Assembly (NCBI GenBank): GCA_013330915.1
Contig: DUHK01000056.1
Location: 1-39,603 of the forward strand
Length of the DNA: 39,603 bases
Source: Methanosphaera sp.
GTDB taxonomy: Archaea; Methanobacteriota; Methanobacteria; Methanobacteriales; Methanobacteriaceae
Direction: 5' to 3'
This document shows positions 30,294 to 39,603 of the stretch, piece after piece; position 1 is the stretch's first letter, and each line of letters starts with the position of its first letter. The notes beneath the pieces are model-generated. The model saw only the letters and a program-made list of their open reading frames with translations, was not told the DNA's origin and ran no database searches. The position numbers and the translations under genes are program-made.

Positions 30294-32309
30294 ATTAAAT
30301 CAATGTCCAATGTAGATATTTACAGAATTGTTAAAGAATTAAATGAGGAGATTATCGGTGCAAGAATTGATAAATCTTACCAACCAAGTTATGATACCAT
30401 TCGTATAAAACTAAGAAAAGCTGGTGAAGGACGTAAAGATTTAGTTATACAGGCAGGTGTCCGCATACACTTGACGGATTATCCTCAACCAAACCCAACC
30501 ATTCCTCCAAACTTCCCTATGCTATTGAGAAAACATCTCAGTGGAGGAAGCATCACAAGTATCAAACAACATAATTTTGACAGAATCATTGAAATCACCA
30601 TCCAGAAGAATACTGAATATACCCTTGTTGTTGAATTATTCAGTAAGGGAAATGTAATTCTACTGGACGAAGATAAAAACATTATTTCACCACTCAAACA
30701 TAGAAAATGGCAGGATCGAAAGATAACATCACATGAACAATACAAATATCCCCCAGAAAAAGGAATAAACATCAACAATACCAACAGTGAAGAAATAAGT
30801 AACGTTTTGAAAACATCTACTGCAGATATTACACGTACCATCGCAACAAATGGTCTTGGAGGACTTTACGCAGAGGAAATAATCGGATATGCAGGTATTG
30901 ATAAGACAAAACCTGCAAAAGACCTGACAAAAGAGGAAATAGAAGAAATTGACAGTGCCATTAAAACCCTTTTTAACCGCATAGAAAACGAACCAAACCC
31001 ACAGATTATACTTGAAAAGGATGATGAAAGTAAAAACAAAGACCTGGTACCTATCAACCTAAACAATTATAAGGATTATAAGAATAAAACGTTTGAAAAC
31101 TTCAACAAAGCTGCTGATGATTTCTACAGTAAAAAAATTGTAAATGAAATAAAAAATGCAGAAGAAGATGCATGGAGCAAACGCATAGGTAAATTCGAGA
31201 AACGTTTAAAAATGCAGGAAGAAAGCCTGGAAGGATTTTATAAAACCATTGAAGATACCCAACATAAAGGTGACACGATCTATGCACATTACAATGAAAT
31301 ACAGGAAATATTAAATGTAATAAGCCAAGCAAGACAAAAATATTCATGGAAAGAGATTTCATCAATCATCAAAAAGTCAAAAAAAGAAAATAAAATCCCA
31401 GCGTTACAGATAATTGAATCCATTGACAAACTAGGAGTAATTAATCTTAAATTGGATGATGTGGTTGTACAAATCGACAGCAACATAGGCATACCAGAAA
31501 GTACTGAAAAATATTATAATAAGGGTAAGAAAGCAAAACGTAAAATCAGTGGTGTAAAAGAGGCTATTGAAAATACCAAAAAGGAAATTTCAAGGCTGAA
31601 AGATAAAAAGGAAATTGCCATAGAAGAACTAAAGGAAAAACAAAAACCTAAAGTTAAAAGAGAACTTAAATGGTACGAAAAAATCAGATGGTTTATCAGT
31701 CGTGACGGATACCTTGTAATAGGAGGTAGAGATGCAAACAGTAACGACATGGTGGTTAAAAAGTATTCAAAAAGCAATGACATATACTTCCACTGTGATA
31801 TCCATGGGGCCCCATCCACAATAGTTCAAAACATTGATGACAATGAAATACCTGAAAGTACGTTGTATGATGCAGCATGCTTTGCAAGCAGTTACAGTAG
31901 TGCCTGGACTGAAGGTTTTAGCAGTTACGATTCATACTGGGTAACTTTAGATCAGGTTTCAAAAACCCCTGAAAGTGGTGAATATCTCAAAAAAGGATCA
32001 TTTGTTATTCGTGGAAGAAAGAACTTTATCCGTAACGTTCCGCTTCTGATTGCCATTGGAATTGTTGAATATGACAATGACAAAAGAATAATGGCTGGTC
32101 CGGTACAGTGTCTGGAAAAGATGAGTGATAACTTTGTAATAGTTAAACCGGGTTTCACAAAAAAAGAACGCATATCCAAGGAAATACTGAATATTATAGA
32201 TAAAGAAAAATTATTTAATGTTGATGATATCGTAAGAAACTTACCTAGCGGTAAATGTGACTTAATGGATATTAGAGAATATAATCAAAAATATGGAAAG
32301 ATTAGATAA
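30294..32309 (+). CDS. rqcH: Ribosome quality-control factor RqcH/Rqc2/NEMF (FbpA family)
   Basis: MLLRKHL, FDRII, ELFSKGN, WYEKIRWFISRDGYLVIGGRDA, VSKTPESGEYL..GSF. Possible ATT start at 30294; first ATG at 30303. Confidence 0.94.
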   Translation: MKSMSNVDIYRIVKELNEEIIGARIDKSYQPSYDTIRIKLRKAGEGRKDLVIQAGVRIHLTDYPQPNPTIPPNFPMLLRKHLSGGSITSIKQHNFDRIIEITIQKNTEYTLVVELFSKGNVILLDEDKNIISPLKHRKWQDRKITSHEQYKYPPEKGININNTNSEEISNVLKTSTADITRTIATNGLGGLYAEEIIGYAGIDKTKPAKDLTKEEIEEIDSAIKTLFNRIENEPNPQIILEKDDESKNKDLVPINLNNYKDYKNKTFENFNKAADDFYSKKIVNEIKNAEEDAWSKRIGKFEKRLKMQEESLEGFYKTIEDTQHKGDTIYAHYNEIQEILNVISQARQKYSWKEISSIIKKSKKENKIPALQIIESIDKLGVINLKLDDVVVQIDSNIGIPESTEKYYNKGKKAKRKISGVKEAIENTKKEISRLKDKKEIAIEELKEKQKPKVKRELKWYEKIRWFISRDGYLVIGGRDANSNDMVVKKYSKSNDIYFHCDIHGAPSTIVQNIDDNEIPESTLYDAACFASSYSSAWTEGFSSYDSYWVTLDQVSKTPESGEYLKKGSFVIRGRKNFIRNVPLLIAIGIVEYDNDKRIMAGPVQCLEKMSDNFVIVKPGFTKKERISKEILNIIDKEKLFNVDDIVRNLPSGKCDLMDIREYNQKYGKIR

Positions 32310-32419
32310 GAAAAATCGTTAACAAAAAATTTTTCTTTATTTAAAATAGGATATAATTGTTGTTAAATCTTTCCTTTAATTACTCTTTTATTTGAATTAA
32401 TATATAAATATTATTTTTA

Positions 32420-33124
32420 TTATTCCTCTTCGTATTCTTCACCAGGAAGTAGGACCACTGTAACAGTTCCAATGCTTTCTTCTTCAACGTATTTTGCAAA
32501 GAGGTTTGAGTCCTGTTCTATTTCTTCAAATGTATTATAATGCATTGGAATTACAATTCTTGATTGTAACCATGAAGCTGCTACTGCAGCATCTTCTATG
32601 CCCATTGTAAACTTGTCACCTATAGGTAAAAGGGATATGTCCGGTTTATATATGTCACCAATGACCATTTTCATGTCTCCGAATAGTCCCGTGTCACCTG
32701 CATGATATATTTTCTTTCCATTTTCCAAGGTTATGACAAATCCTGTTGCAACTCCACCTTCTTCCATATTTTCTAAAAAGTCCATTCCTGAGGAATGTCT
32801 GGCATCAGTCATTGTAACGCTTATCAAATCATTTATTGATACACTTCCACCTATGTTCATACCGATGGCGTTTAATCCCTGTTTTTGTACAAAAGTAGCT
32901 ATTTCGTGTGTTGCAATAACAGTTGCTCCGGAATTGTTTGCAATTTCCAGTGCATCACCGAAGTGGTCAACATGCCCATGAGTAACAAGTATTACATCAG
33001 GATTTAATGTTTCTACCGGTGTTATACATGCCGGGTTTCCGCTTATGAAAGGATCTATTAAAATTTTCATTCCTTCTTCTGTTGTTATTTGAAATGCTGA
33101 ATGTCCGAGATATTCAATTTTCAC
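32420..33124 (-). CDS. Metallo-beta-lactamase-fold hydrolase (UPF0173-like)
   Basis: YLGHSAF, IDPF, THGHVDH, YHAGDT, PMHYNTF. Confidence 0.92.
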   Translation of the reverse strand: MKIEYLGHSAFQITTEEGMKILIDPFISGNPACITPVETLNPDVILVTHGHVDHFGDALEIANNSGATVIATHEIATFVQKQGLNAIGMNIGGSVSINDLISVTMTDARHSSGMDFLENMEEGGVATGFVITLENGKKIYHAGDTGLFGDMKMVIGDIYKPDISLLPIGDKFTMGIEDAAVAASWLQSRIVIPMHYNTFEEIEQDSNLFAKYVEEESIGTVTVVLLPGEEYEEE

Positions 33125-33244
33125 TTAAATCACCTTAATTATTATTTTGTTTTTGTTTCTATTAATTTTTTAGCTTTAAACCATATACTTTAATAATATT
33201 CCTGATTTGAAAAATGTTTTCAAATAAGATAATCTTTAAAACGA

Positions 33245-34366
33245 TTATTTACCGAAATTGTCATTTATTTGCTCGAATTTCTTTATTTGCCTGTCAAAAA
33301 ATTCATCATCATATTTTCTGTTTAAGTTGTCTGCACGGAAATGATGCACAACCACTTTTGGTATTTTATTATACTCCTTGTACAGATCTCTTAAATAGAA
33401 ATCAGTATCGTTTGGACATGGATATGAAACATCATTAAATTTGATTGATTTTAGTGGAAATACCACTTCCTTCTTAAACAAACCTAAATGATAAGCATGA
33501 TATCCACTGTTTCCTCTAAGATTATTGTCTATTCCCGAAACAATATAGTTTTGCTCATCCAAACTTAGATTAAAACGTTGATAGTAATCGTCCATATATT
33601 CATTGATATCTGCGCCTTCTTTCATTTTTTCAATGAATATCTTTTGTTCTTCAATAACCTTTTCTGCAAATCCGCTTGGAGGAGTGTCCACATAATCACT
33701 AGGGAAAACATCCAGACCTGCCAATAACTCACCTTCATCCGAATAATATGCAATTTGTAAAAATGATATTCTTATAGCTTCAAGCCTGTCATTAACAGTA
33801 ACTTCAACATTTTCCAGATTATTGGATTTGATTTCATCATCAATTACTTCTATCAACTTGTTATAATCCTTTCTCATCATACCCAAATCAATGTCATCAT
33901 CCCATGGAATATAACCTCCATGTCTGACGGCACCCAGTAATGTACCGTAATCCAGCCAGTATTTCAAATCGTATTTTTCAAGAACATTAACTACAAAGTT
34001 TAAGAGTTCCTGGTTTAAACGCTGAAAGTTTCTTAGAGGACCCTTGGATTTTAAGTCATAATAAAGAAACAATGTGGAGAATTGTTGATTATATGAATCC
34101 AATATTCTGTCATAATTTTTCTTGTTGTCTTCAATAATCCTTTTTAATTCAACGTTCTCGTTTTTAACTGACTGAATCTCCTTTTTCAACTCGGATATTT
34201 CAGAGGATATATTTTGAATATCTTCGTTAATACCAGGGAGTTTGTCTTCCTTTTTTAATAAGTGATTTACCTGTTGAGTTAAGTCACTTACTTCTGTGGT
34301 TAACTTGTTATTTAGAATTTCTTGATCGTTTTTGTTGTTTCTGCCAAACATTTTCATAGCCTTCAT
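33245..34366 (-). CDS. LicD-family phosphotransferase with an N-terminal coiled coil
   Basis: YWLDYGTLLGAVRHGGYIPWDDDIDLGM, LDVFP and C-terminal P.D...YL...Y. Confidence 0.9.
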   Translation of the reverse strand: MKAMKMFGRNNKNDQEILNNKLTTEVSDLTQQVNHLLKKEDKLPGINEDIQNISSEISELKKEIQSVKNENVELKRIIEDNKKNYDRILDSYNQQFSTLFLYYDLKSKGPLRNFQRLNQELLNFVVNVLEKYDLKYWLDYGTLLGAVRHGGYIPWDDDIDLGMMRKDYNKLIEVIDDEIKSNNLENVEVTVNDRLEAIRISFLQIAYYSDEGELLAGLDVFPSDYVDTPPSGFAEKVIEEQKIFIEKMKEGADINEYMDDYYQRFNLSLDEQNYIVSGIDNNLRGNSGYHAYHLGLFKKEVVFPLKSIKFNDVSYPCPNDTDFYLRDLYKEYNKIPKVVVHHFRADNLNRKYDDEFFDRQIKKFEQINDNFGK

Positions 34367-34385
34367 GTATTATTAAAGTATCTGT

Positions 34386-37300
34386 TTATAAATCATCCCA
34401 TATTGGATTTCTGAAACCGAGTTGTTCGCATAGTTGAGCTTCCCACTGGTTTTTTCTGAACATTAAATCATAATATTCCTCATCTTCCTGCAGTTTTTCG
34501 GTTGCCTTCTGTAATTTATGATAAACTACCGCGTCAGAGACATAGATGATTTTTTGCTTCATTATTTTTCTGACATATTCGGAGAATACCCTGTCCGATC
34601 TGTAATGTCGACCGGATTGGGCATCCAATCCGAATGTTTTATCCAGCATTTCCCTTTTAATATAGGTGCAGAAAAATGGTGCAAAACTCATTTCCAATAA
34701 TCCACCATCGTGGTATAAATCCATATTGATAATATTTTGATGATGTATCGATGGATTTACATCACATTCAAAAATTGATGTTGCATATGGAACATGTATC
34801 TTCAAGGTTTTTGTTCCTCCAGGCAATATTTGTTGGGGAACTGTTATTCCAATATCGTCAGCACTATAAGCCACATCCTGTAACGCCTCTAAAGAATAAC
34901 TTGTTAATATGGCATCATTATTCAATAGAAGTATATCCGAGTTTTCATCGGATATGTCAATTCCCATGTTCACAGCATGAGTAAAACCATAGTTTACATC
35001 ATTTTGAATCAGTTTTATTTGTTTTTTATTTTCCATTACTTTGAGATAGTAACGAACAGCCTCGTTTGAATTATTGTCAACTATGATAATATCAACTTTT
35101 TCATCATAGTTTTTTCTGATTGAATTAACACATTCTTTAAGATCCTTTAATGATTGATAACTCGGAATGATTATGCTTACTTTTCTGGTCAACTGTGGAT
35201 ATTGCTTTGAAGCAGTTTTATTTTTATTTTGAATCAATTCAACGTAATGTTCATTAAATGAATTTTTTTCATTGTTTAACAGGTAAAAATTACTGATTCT
35301 GTCTGAATCATTGAAATCATAGTATTTTGAATGTAAGAATGGAACACTGAATATTTTATAGTTATTACTTATCCTTAATATCAAATCCCAATCTTCCAGT
35401 CGTTCCAATGATTCATCAAACATGCCGATATCATCCAATATGCTTCTTTTATGACAGAAACAATTAAGATCAATGTAATTACGGTTTTTTAACAGGGATT
35501 TGTTATATGCACCGAAACGAATCTTTTGTATCGGTGAAGATTTATCCGGATATATTAATTGACCCGAATATATTGCGTCGGCATCTTTTAGTTTTTCAAA
35601 GGAACCTACTGATGCTTCCAGATAGTACTTATCCCATTCGTTATCGGAATCCAAATATGCTATGTATTCCCCTTTTGCATGCTGCAATCCAACATTTCTT
35701 GATCCTGCAGGACCCATATTTGTTTTATTGAATATTACATTGATTTTTTCATGCCTTAAATTCCTTAAGAAATCCAGGGTATTGTCTGTACTTGAATCAT
35801 CAACTATGATTAATTCAAAGTTTTGATATGTCTGGTTTAAAACGGAATCTATTGCCTCCTGAAGTAACTTTTTTCTGTTGAAGGTTGGCATTATAATGGA
35901 TACCAATGGTTTTTCATCCAAATTTTGTGTAAATGATCTTAAATACATTGATATATTGTCCATAAATGCAAAACAACATTTTTCCTCTTCATTGAATGGA
36001 ACTGATATTTCAGGACTCAGGTATGAATCTGATAAAAATCCTGAAAAATCCTTGAATTTATATTTTGTAACGTTTGCATTGGAATTTTTCCTATTTATCT
36101 TAAATTTGGCAGATGAATCCGTGAATTCTGAGTAAATGTCCATCAGGGACAATATGAATTTTAAAAATTCTTCTCTTGACACATCGTTTTTGTATAAATC
36201 ATTTATTAGATTGTAGTAATTGTCAACATTATCATCAGATAAGATGGATATCAAATCGTCTTTTTCAAATAAATGTACGCCTATCTCTTCCTCTTTAATT
36301 TCTGATAATATTTTATCATTTAACATTAATATTGGAATCTTGAATTCATAATTTTTCTCAATTAATTCAAATATTTCCTCAAACTCCTCAAATATCACAA
36401 TATAGTCAAATTTAGTTGATTCAATTGTATTTATTATATTTTCAAGTGATAACTCACCCATGTTATGAACTTTGTTTTTGAGATTTGGAGGTAAATTACC
36501 TACCAGATATAACTCCAGATTATCATTATCAATTTCTTCAAGGACATCTGTTTTTGTATCATCCACATAATTACCCAATAGCAATACGTTTGGTTTTTCT
36601 ATACGTGTTTCAATGTTTGAATGGGATAGTTCATCTAAATTAAGCGGATAATTTACAGATATGGTGTTATCAAAATCTTTCAGATGTTTTTCATATTCCT
36701 GTTTAATTTTGTCAAATACCAGTATTTTATTTGCCTTTTTCAATATTTCAGTAAATTTTTCATCCTCTGTTGAATCTTCAGCTTTCTCCATTAATGAAAG
36801 TGGATATTTGTCCTTTATAGTGAATAGTAATGGAATTTTTAATATTTCAGACACGTCAAATAAATCAGAGTTATGATTTTTAAAGTCCCATACGTGAATC
36901 AGATTAATATTGAGTGAATAAAGTGTGTTGAAATATATGTTTTTTAGTTTCATATCACAATCCACGTCTTCTGAATCCAGACTCCACTGATGTATTTTCT
37001 GGAAATCCTTCCATAGTATTACATTCTCTAAATCATAGGAGAGACAGAAAATATCAAAAATGTTATTATCTTCTTTTAATAGGAAATCTCTGATTAGACT
37101 AAGATTGTTAGAATCAACAACAAATAATATTCTGTTTGATAATGTGTTGTTGGAATACTGTTTAATTGATTCCCTAATGTTGTCTACTATGCATCCAATT
37201 TCTTCAGATTCAATATAGTTTTTTACTTTTTCATTGAAGGATTTGTTTATATTGAAATTCTTTAACAGTTTTGAGTTAAGATCAAAGAATTCCTTGTTAT

Positions 37301-38366
37301 GATAAACATATGTTGAATCGTCCAGAATGTTGTTAATAGTAGCTGGAATCTCATATGACAAAATTTTATTTTCATTATCATAATATATTTTGTTTTTTTC
37401 CAATTCAAATAATGGTATTGTATCTTTTTTGATAAATACACAAAATCCATCTGCAAAAAACATCTTATTATTTATAGCGATGTTTGATTTGTTAATTAGG
37501 AAGGACAATCCTTCATTTGTGATTGATAAACCGTTTTTTACCGAGAAATTATTTGGAATGATTGAATTGGATAACGGAGTTATCATGTCAATGTTATCCT
37601 GCGAATATGCTGTTACAATCATCTTTTTAATCCAGTTTGGAGTTACTTCCGTGAAACTGTTAAGTATAACAACATCCGAAGACACTTTTTTCATGTTTTT
37701 GTTGATGAAATCTGTTAGACTTTCATTATTACTGTTATCAATCTGGCTGATGTTTTGATCTTTTTCAAAGTCCAATTCCAAATTTTTATAGTTCAACAGT
37801 TTTATTTCATAATCCACTACTGTGTATTTTTTAATGTTTTCTAGACAAAAGTTTAGAGAGTCTGTATCATGTACTAATATCAGAATGGAAACTTTAGTGT
37901 CTAATTGCTTGGATATTAGATCAATTTTTTCGTCAGATATTTTCAAATTCAAAAATCCAAAAACGTTGGTTTTAGAAATTTCATCCTGATTTAGAATGTA
38001 GTGAGTTAATGGATTCCAATCATGATCCGTTGATGTTTCCTCTTTTAAGTAATGTGTCCTGTAATACTTTTGATTAAAATTTGAATTTGGATTTCTGGTA
38101 TTTTCCCTGTAACCATATTTTATCCAGTGCTCGAGAGCATCCATACCTGCTTTTTTAACATCCTGATGTCTTTGATGGTAATATTCCTTATCAAATAATT
38201 GAGAATCAACTATTATATCATAGTTTTTATCATAGTTTTTTGGAGAAACATATTTTTTATCAAATAAGTTTTTTTCATATATTGCTTGTTTTATAGCAGT
38301 ATCTTTACCTTGCGGAAAAATCTTATTTTTTAACTTGGATAAAAGCTTCCTTATATCTCTGGACAT
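34386..38366 (-). CDS. Multi-module glycosyltransferase (1326 aa): one repeat unit, degenerate GT2/GT-B modules, two GT2 domains
   Basis: VSIIMPTFNR..VDDSSTD..YLDSD..EDWD and VSIIIPSY..VDNNS..LLNND; N-terminal LFDKEYY..ALEHW..G..NPN..F..YY..NPLTHY unit. Confidence 0.9.
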   Translation of the reverse strand: MSRDIRKLLSKLKNKIFPQGKDTAIKQAIYEKNLFDKKYVSPKNYDKNYDIIVDSQLFDKEYYHQRHQDVKKAGMDALEHWIKYGYRENTRNPNSNFNQKYYRTHYLKEETSTDHDWNPLTHYILNQDEISKTNVFGFLNLKISDEKIDLISKQLDTKVSILILVHDTDSLNFCLENIKKYTVVDYEIKLLNYKNLELDFEKDQNISQIDNSNNESLTDFINKNMKKVSSDVVILNSFTEVTPNWIKKMIVTAYSQDNIDMITPLSNSIIPNNFSVKNGLSITNEGLSFLINKSNIAINNKMFFADGFCVFIKKDTIPLFELEKNKIYYDNENKILSYEIPATINNILDDSTYVYHNKEFFDLNSKLLKNFNINKSFNEKVKNYIESEEIGCIVDNIRESIKQYSNNTLSNRILFVVDSNNLSLIRDFLLKEDNNIFDIFCLSYDLENVILWKDFQKIHQWSLDSEDVDCDMKLKNIYFNTLYSLNINLIHVWDFKNHNSDLFDVSEILKIPLLFTIKDKYPLSLMEKAEDSTEDEKFTEILKKANKILVFDKIKQEYEKHLKDFDNTISVNYPLNLDELSHSNIETRIEKPNVLLLGNYVDDTKTDVLEEIDNDNLELYLVGNLPPNLKNKVHNMGELSLENIINTIESTKFDYIVIFEEFEEIFELIEKNYEFKIPILMLNDKILSEIKEEEIGVHLFEKDDLISILSDDNVDNYYNLINDLYKNDVSREEFLKFILSLMDIYSEFTDSSAKFKINRKNSNANVTKYKFKDFSGFLSDSYLSPEISVPFNEEEKCCFAFMDNISMYLRSFTQNLDEKPLVSIIMPTFNRKKLLQEAIDSVLNQTYQNFELIIVDDSSTDNTLDFLRNLRHEKINVIFNKTNMGPAGSRNVGLQHAKGEYIAYLDSDNEWDKYYLEASVGSFEKLKDADAIYSGQLIYPDKSSPIQKIRFGAYNKSLLKNRNYIDLNCFCHKRSILDDIGMFDESLERLEDWDLILRISNNYKIFSVPFLHSKYYDFNDSDRISNFYLLNNEKNSFNEHYVELIQNKNKTASKQYPQLTRKVSIIIPSYQSLKDLKECVNSIRKNYDEKVDIIIVDNNSNEAVRYYLKVMENKKQIKLIQNDVNYGFTHAVNMGIDISDENSDILLLNNDAILTSYSLEALQDVAYSADDIGITVPQQILPGGTKTLKIHVPYATSIFECDVNPSIHHQNIINMDLYHDGGLLEMSFAPFFCTYIKREMLDKTFGLDAQSGRHYRSDRVFSEYVRKIMKQKIIYVSDAVVYHKLQKATEKLQEDEEYYDLMFRKNQWEAQLCEQLGFRNPIWDDL

Positions 38367-38562
38367 AACATCACCAAACTTTAATCAAATTTTGTTTTCA
38401 TTATCTATATATATTATCTTGAATATAATTAAAAAAACTTATCCAAAATATTAATTTTAATATTTGATTGGATATTTAAAGAATTCTATAAAAAATAAAT
38501 ATTTAAAATAGGTAATTGATATTTTTATAAAAAAATTTTTATTAATTCCATATAAAACTGTA

Positions 38563-39603
38563 TTATATTAAATTACTAATTTGCCCGGTATTTTGAATTA
38601 TTCTTAATGTATTGTTTTTTCCATCGTATTTTCTGAATTCGTGATAAATTTCGTTATCGAGTTTCATGTCGTTTAGTTGTTGTAATGAATCGTTAATTGT
38701 AGTTAGTAATTTTGCAGGTTCGTTGATTATGCATGTTTTGGTAATTCCATACTTACTCATCCGTTGAGCATTTCTTTCCTGTTCCGCATGGTTTTTTATT
38801 GGCAACATTATGTTGGGCTGCTTTATGGAGAGCAGTTCCATGCTGGTTGTATGACCGGCAAGAGTGATGGTTAAATCAGACAGCTTCATCCATTCAACAA
38901 GATTATGTGTAAATTGCTTGATTATCACTTTTTCTTTATCGAAGTTATCGAATTCGTTTGAATTAACTTCCAATCCGGTGAATACTATGATCTTATCAGC
39001 CAGTATGTCTTGTGAAATTTGACATATGTCCCTAATCAATACCTTTCCAAATTCACTGCCGCCAATTGTTACTACTATGACTTTTTCATCGGGACCAATG
39101 TTATGCCTGTTTCTGAGTTCTTCTTTTGTTTTAATTTTATTAATGTCATAATGTAACAAAGGTCCTATGTATTCCGTTTTGTATCTCAATTCTTTAGGTA
39201 TTTCTATTACTCCAGGTACATCTGGAACCATGATTTTTTTACAACTTTTTGTAATTTCAATTATAAATCTTCTGATACTTTTTTCAAAGTACTGTATGCT
39301 TTTCATATGAGTATTTTGTGAAAATCCGAAGGTTAAGTCATTGGTAATTATATAGCATGGAACATGAAGAAATTTGGCAGTTATAGGCATGGAATAATGT
39401 GAATCGCATATTACTATATCCGGTTTTGATTTTTTGATGATTCTTGATTCCTTATACATACTTTTTATGAATGTGAATGGAATATCCTTGGACTGCTTGA
39501 TTGATTCCTCCACATTTATGTTACCGTCTTCTCCTTCAAAATTCATCCTCGGTAAAGTATACGTCTTGAAATCATATTCCTTCAAATACTTCAATCCCGA
39601 ACC
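38563..39603 (-). CDS. GT28/MurG-like GT-B glycosyltransferase (5' end beyond the window)
   Basis: KPDIVICD, YIGPL, VTIGGS, ITLAGHTT..E, P..NHAEQ..NA. The frame is still open at 39603 (GSGLKYL). Confidence 0.82.
   Translation of the reverse strand, partial: GSGLKYLKEYDFKTYTLPRMNFEGEDGNINVEESIKQSKDIPFTFIKSMYKESRIIKKSKPDIVICDSHYSMPITAKFLHVPCYIITNDLTFGFSQNTHMKSIQYFEKSIRRFIIEITKSCKKIMVPDVPGVIEIPKELRYKTEYIGPLLHYDINKIKTKEELRNRHNIGPDEKVIVVTIGGSEFGKVLIRDICQISQDILADKIIVFTGLEVNSNEFDNFDKEKVIIKQFTHNLVEWMKLSDLTITLAGHTTSMELLSIKQPNIMLPIKNHAEQERNAQRMSKYGITKTCIINEPAKLLTTINDSLQQLNDMKLDNEIYHEFRKYDGKNNTLRIIQNTGQISNLI

Noticed and set aside
30294..32309. Fibronectin-binding adhesin interpretation
   Set aside because: Legacy name for the RqcH/NEMF family; no signal peptide, and the NFACT motifs are intact.
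633..37758. Remaining short ORFs in the track that overlap called genes (e.g. 890-1165, 3153-3464, 4239-4625, 7834-8262, 30485-30841, 37390-37758)
   Set aside because: Antisense or off-frame overlaps of well-supported CDSs, with no recognisable motifs.
22917..39603. Mobile genomic island
   Set aside because: No integrase, transposase, tRNA or flanking direct repeats, and core genes (rqcH, MBL hydrolase) are interspersed.

Overview
AT-rich chromosomal window from a Methanobacteriales methanogen. Gene content and style best fit Methanosphaera; this is my inference, not a database match. Left part: 5' end of a probable heavy-metal P-type ATPase, small hypotheticals, a fumarate hydratase beta subunit, a DUF2070-like membrane protein, an oxygen-defence set (rubrerythrin, superoxide reductase, FprA and a 52-aa rubredoxin missed by the ORF track), 2-phosphoglycerate kinase, a DtxR-family regulator, an acyl-CoA ligase and divergent cysK/cysE. 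Middle: a housekeeping block (EMC6-like, asnB, gatC, ACT, hom, apgM, pyrG, prepilin peptidase, pilin-like) interrupted by a degenerate NADAR gene and a PadR gene. Right part: surface-glycan genes (a 2401-aa repeat-rich multi-module glycosyltransferase, a 1326-aa relative, LicD, a partial GT28/MurG-like gene) around rqcH and an MBL hydrolase. I found no CRISPR array, rRNA, tRNA, transposase, integrase or reverse transcriptase. The most unusual signal is an exact 201-bp duplication in the giant glycosyltransferase in which 62 of 67 codons (47 in a row) end in G or T, with the bias stopping sharply at one edge of the duplication. Other leads: the 11-unit repeat array, the degenerate NADAR, two probable ATT starts and several strong operator-like palindromes. 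All protein calls come from motif recognition without searches.
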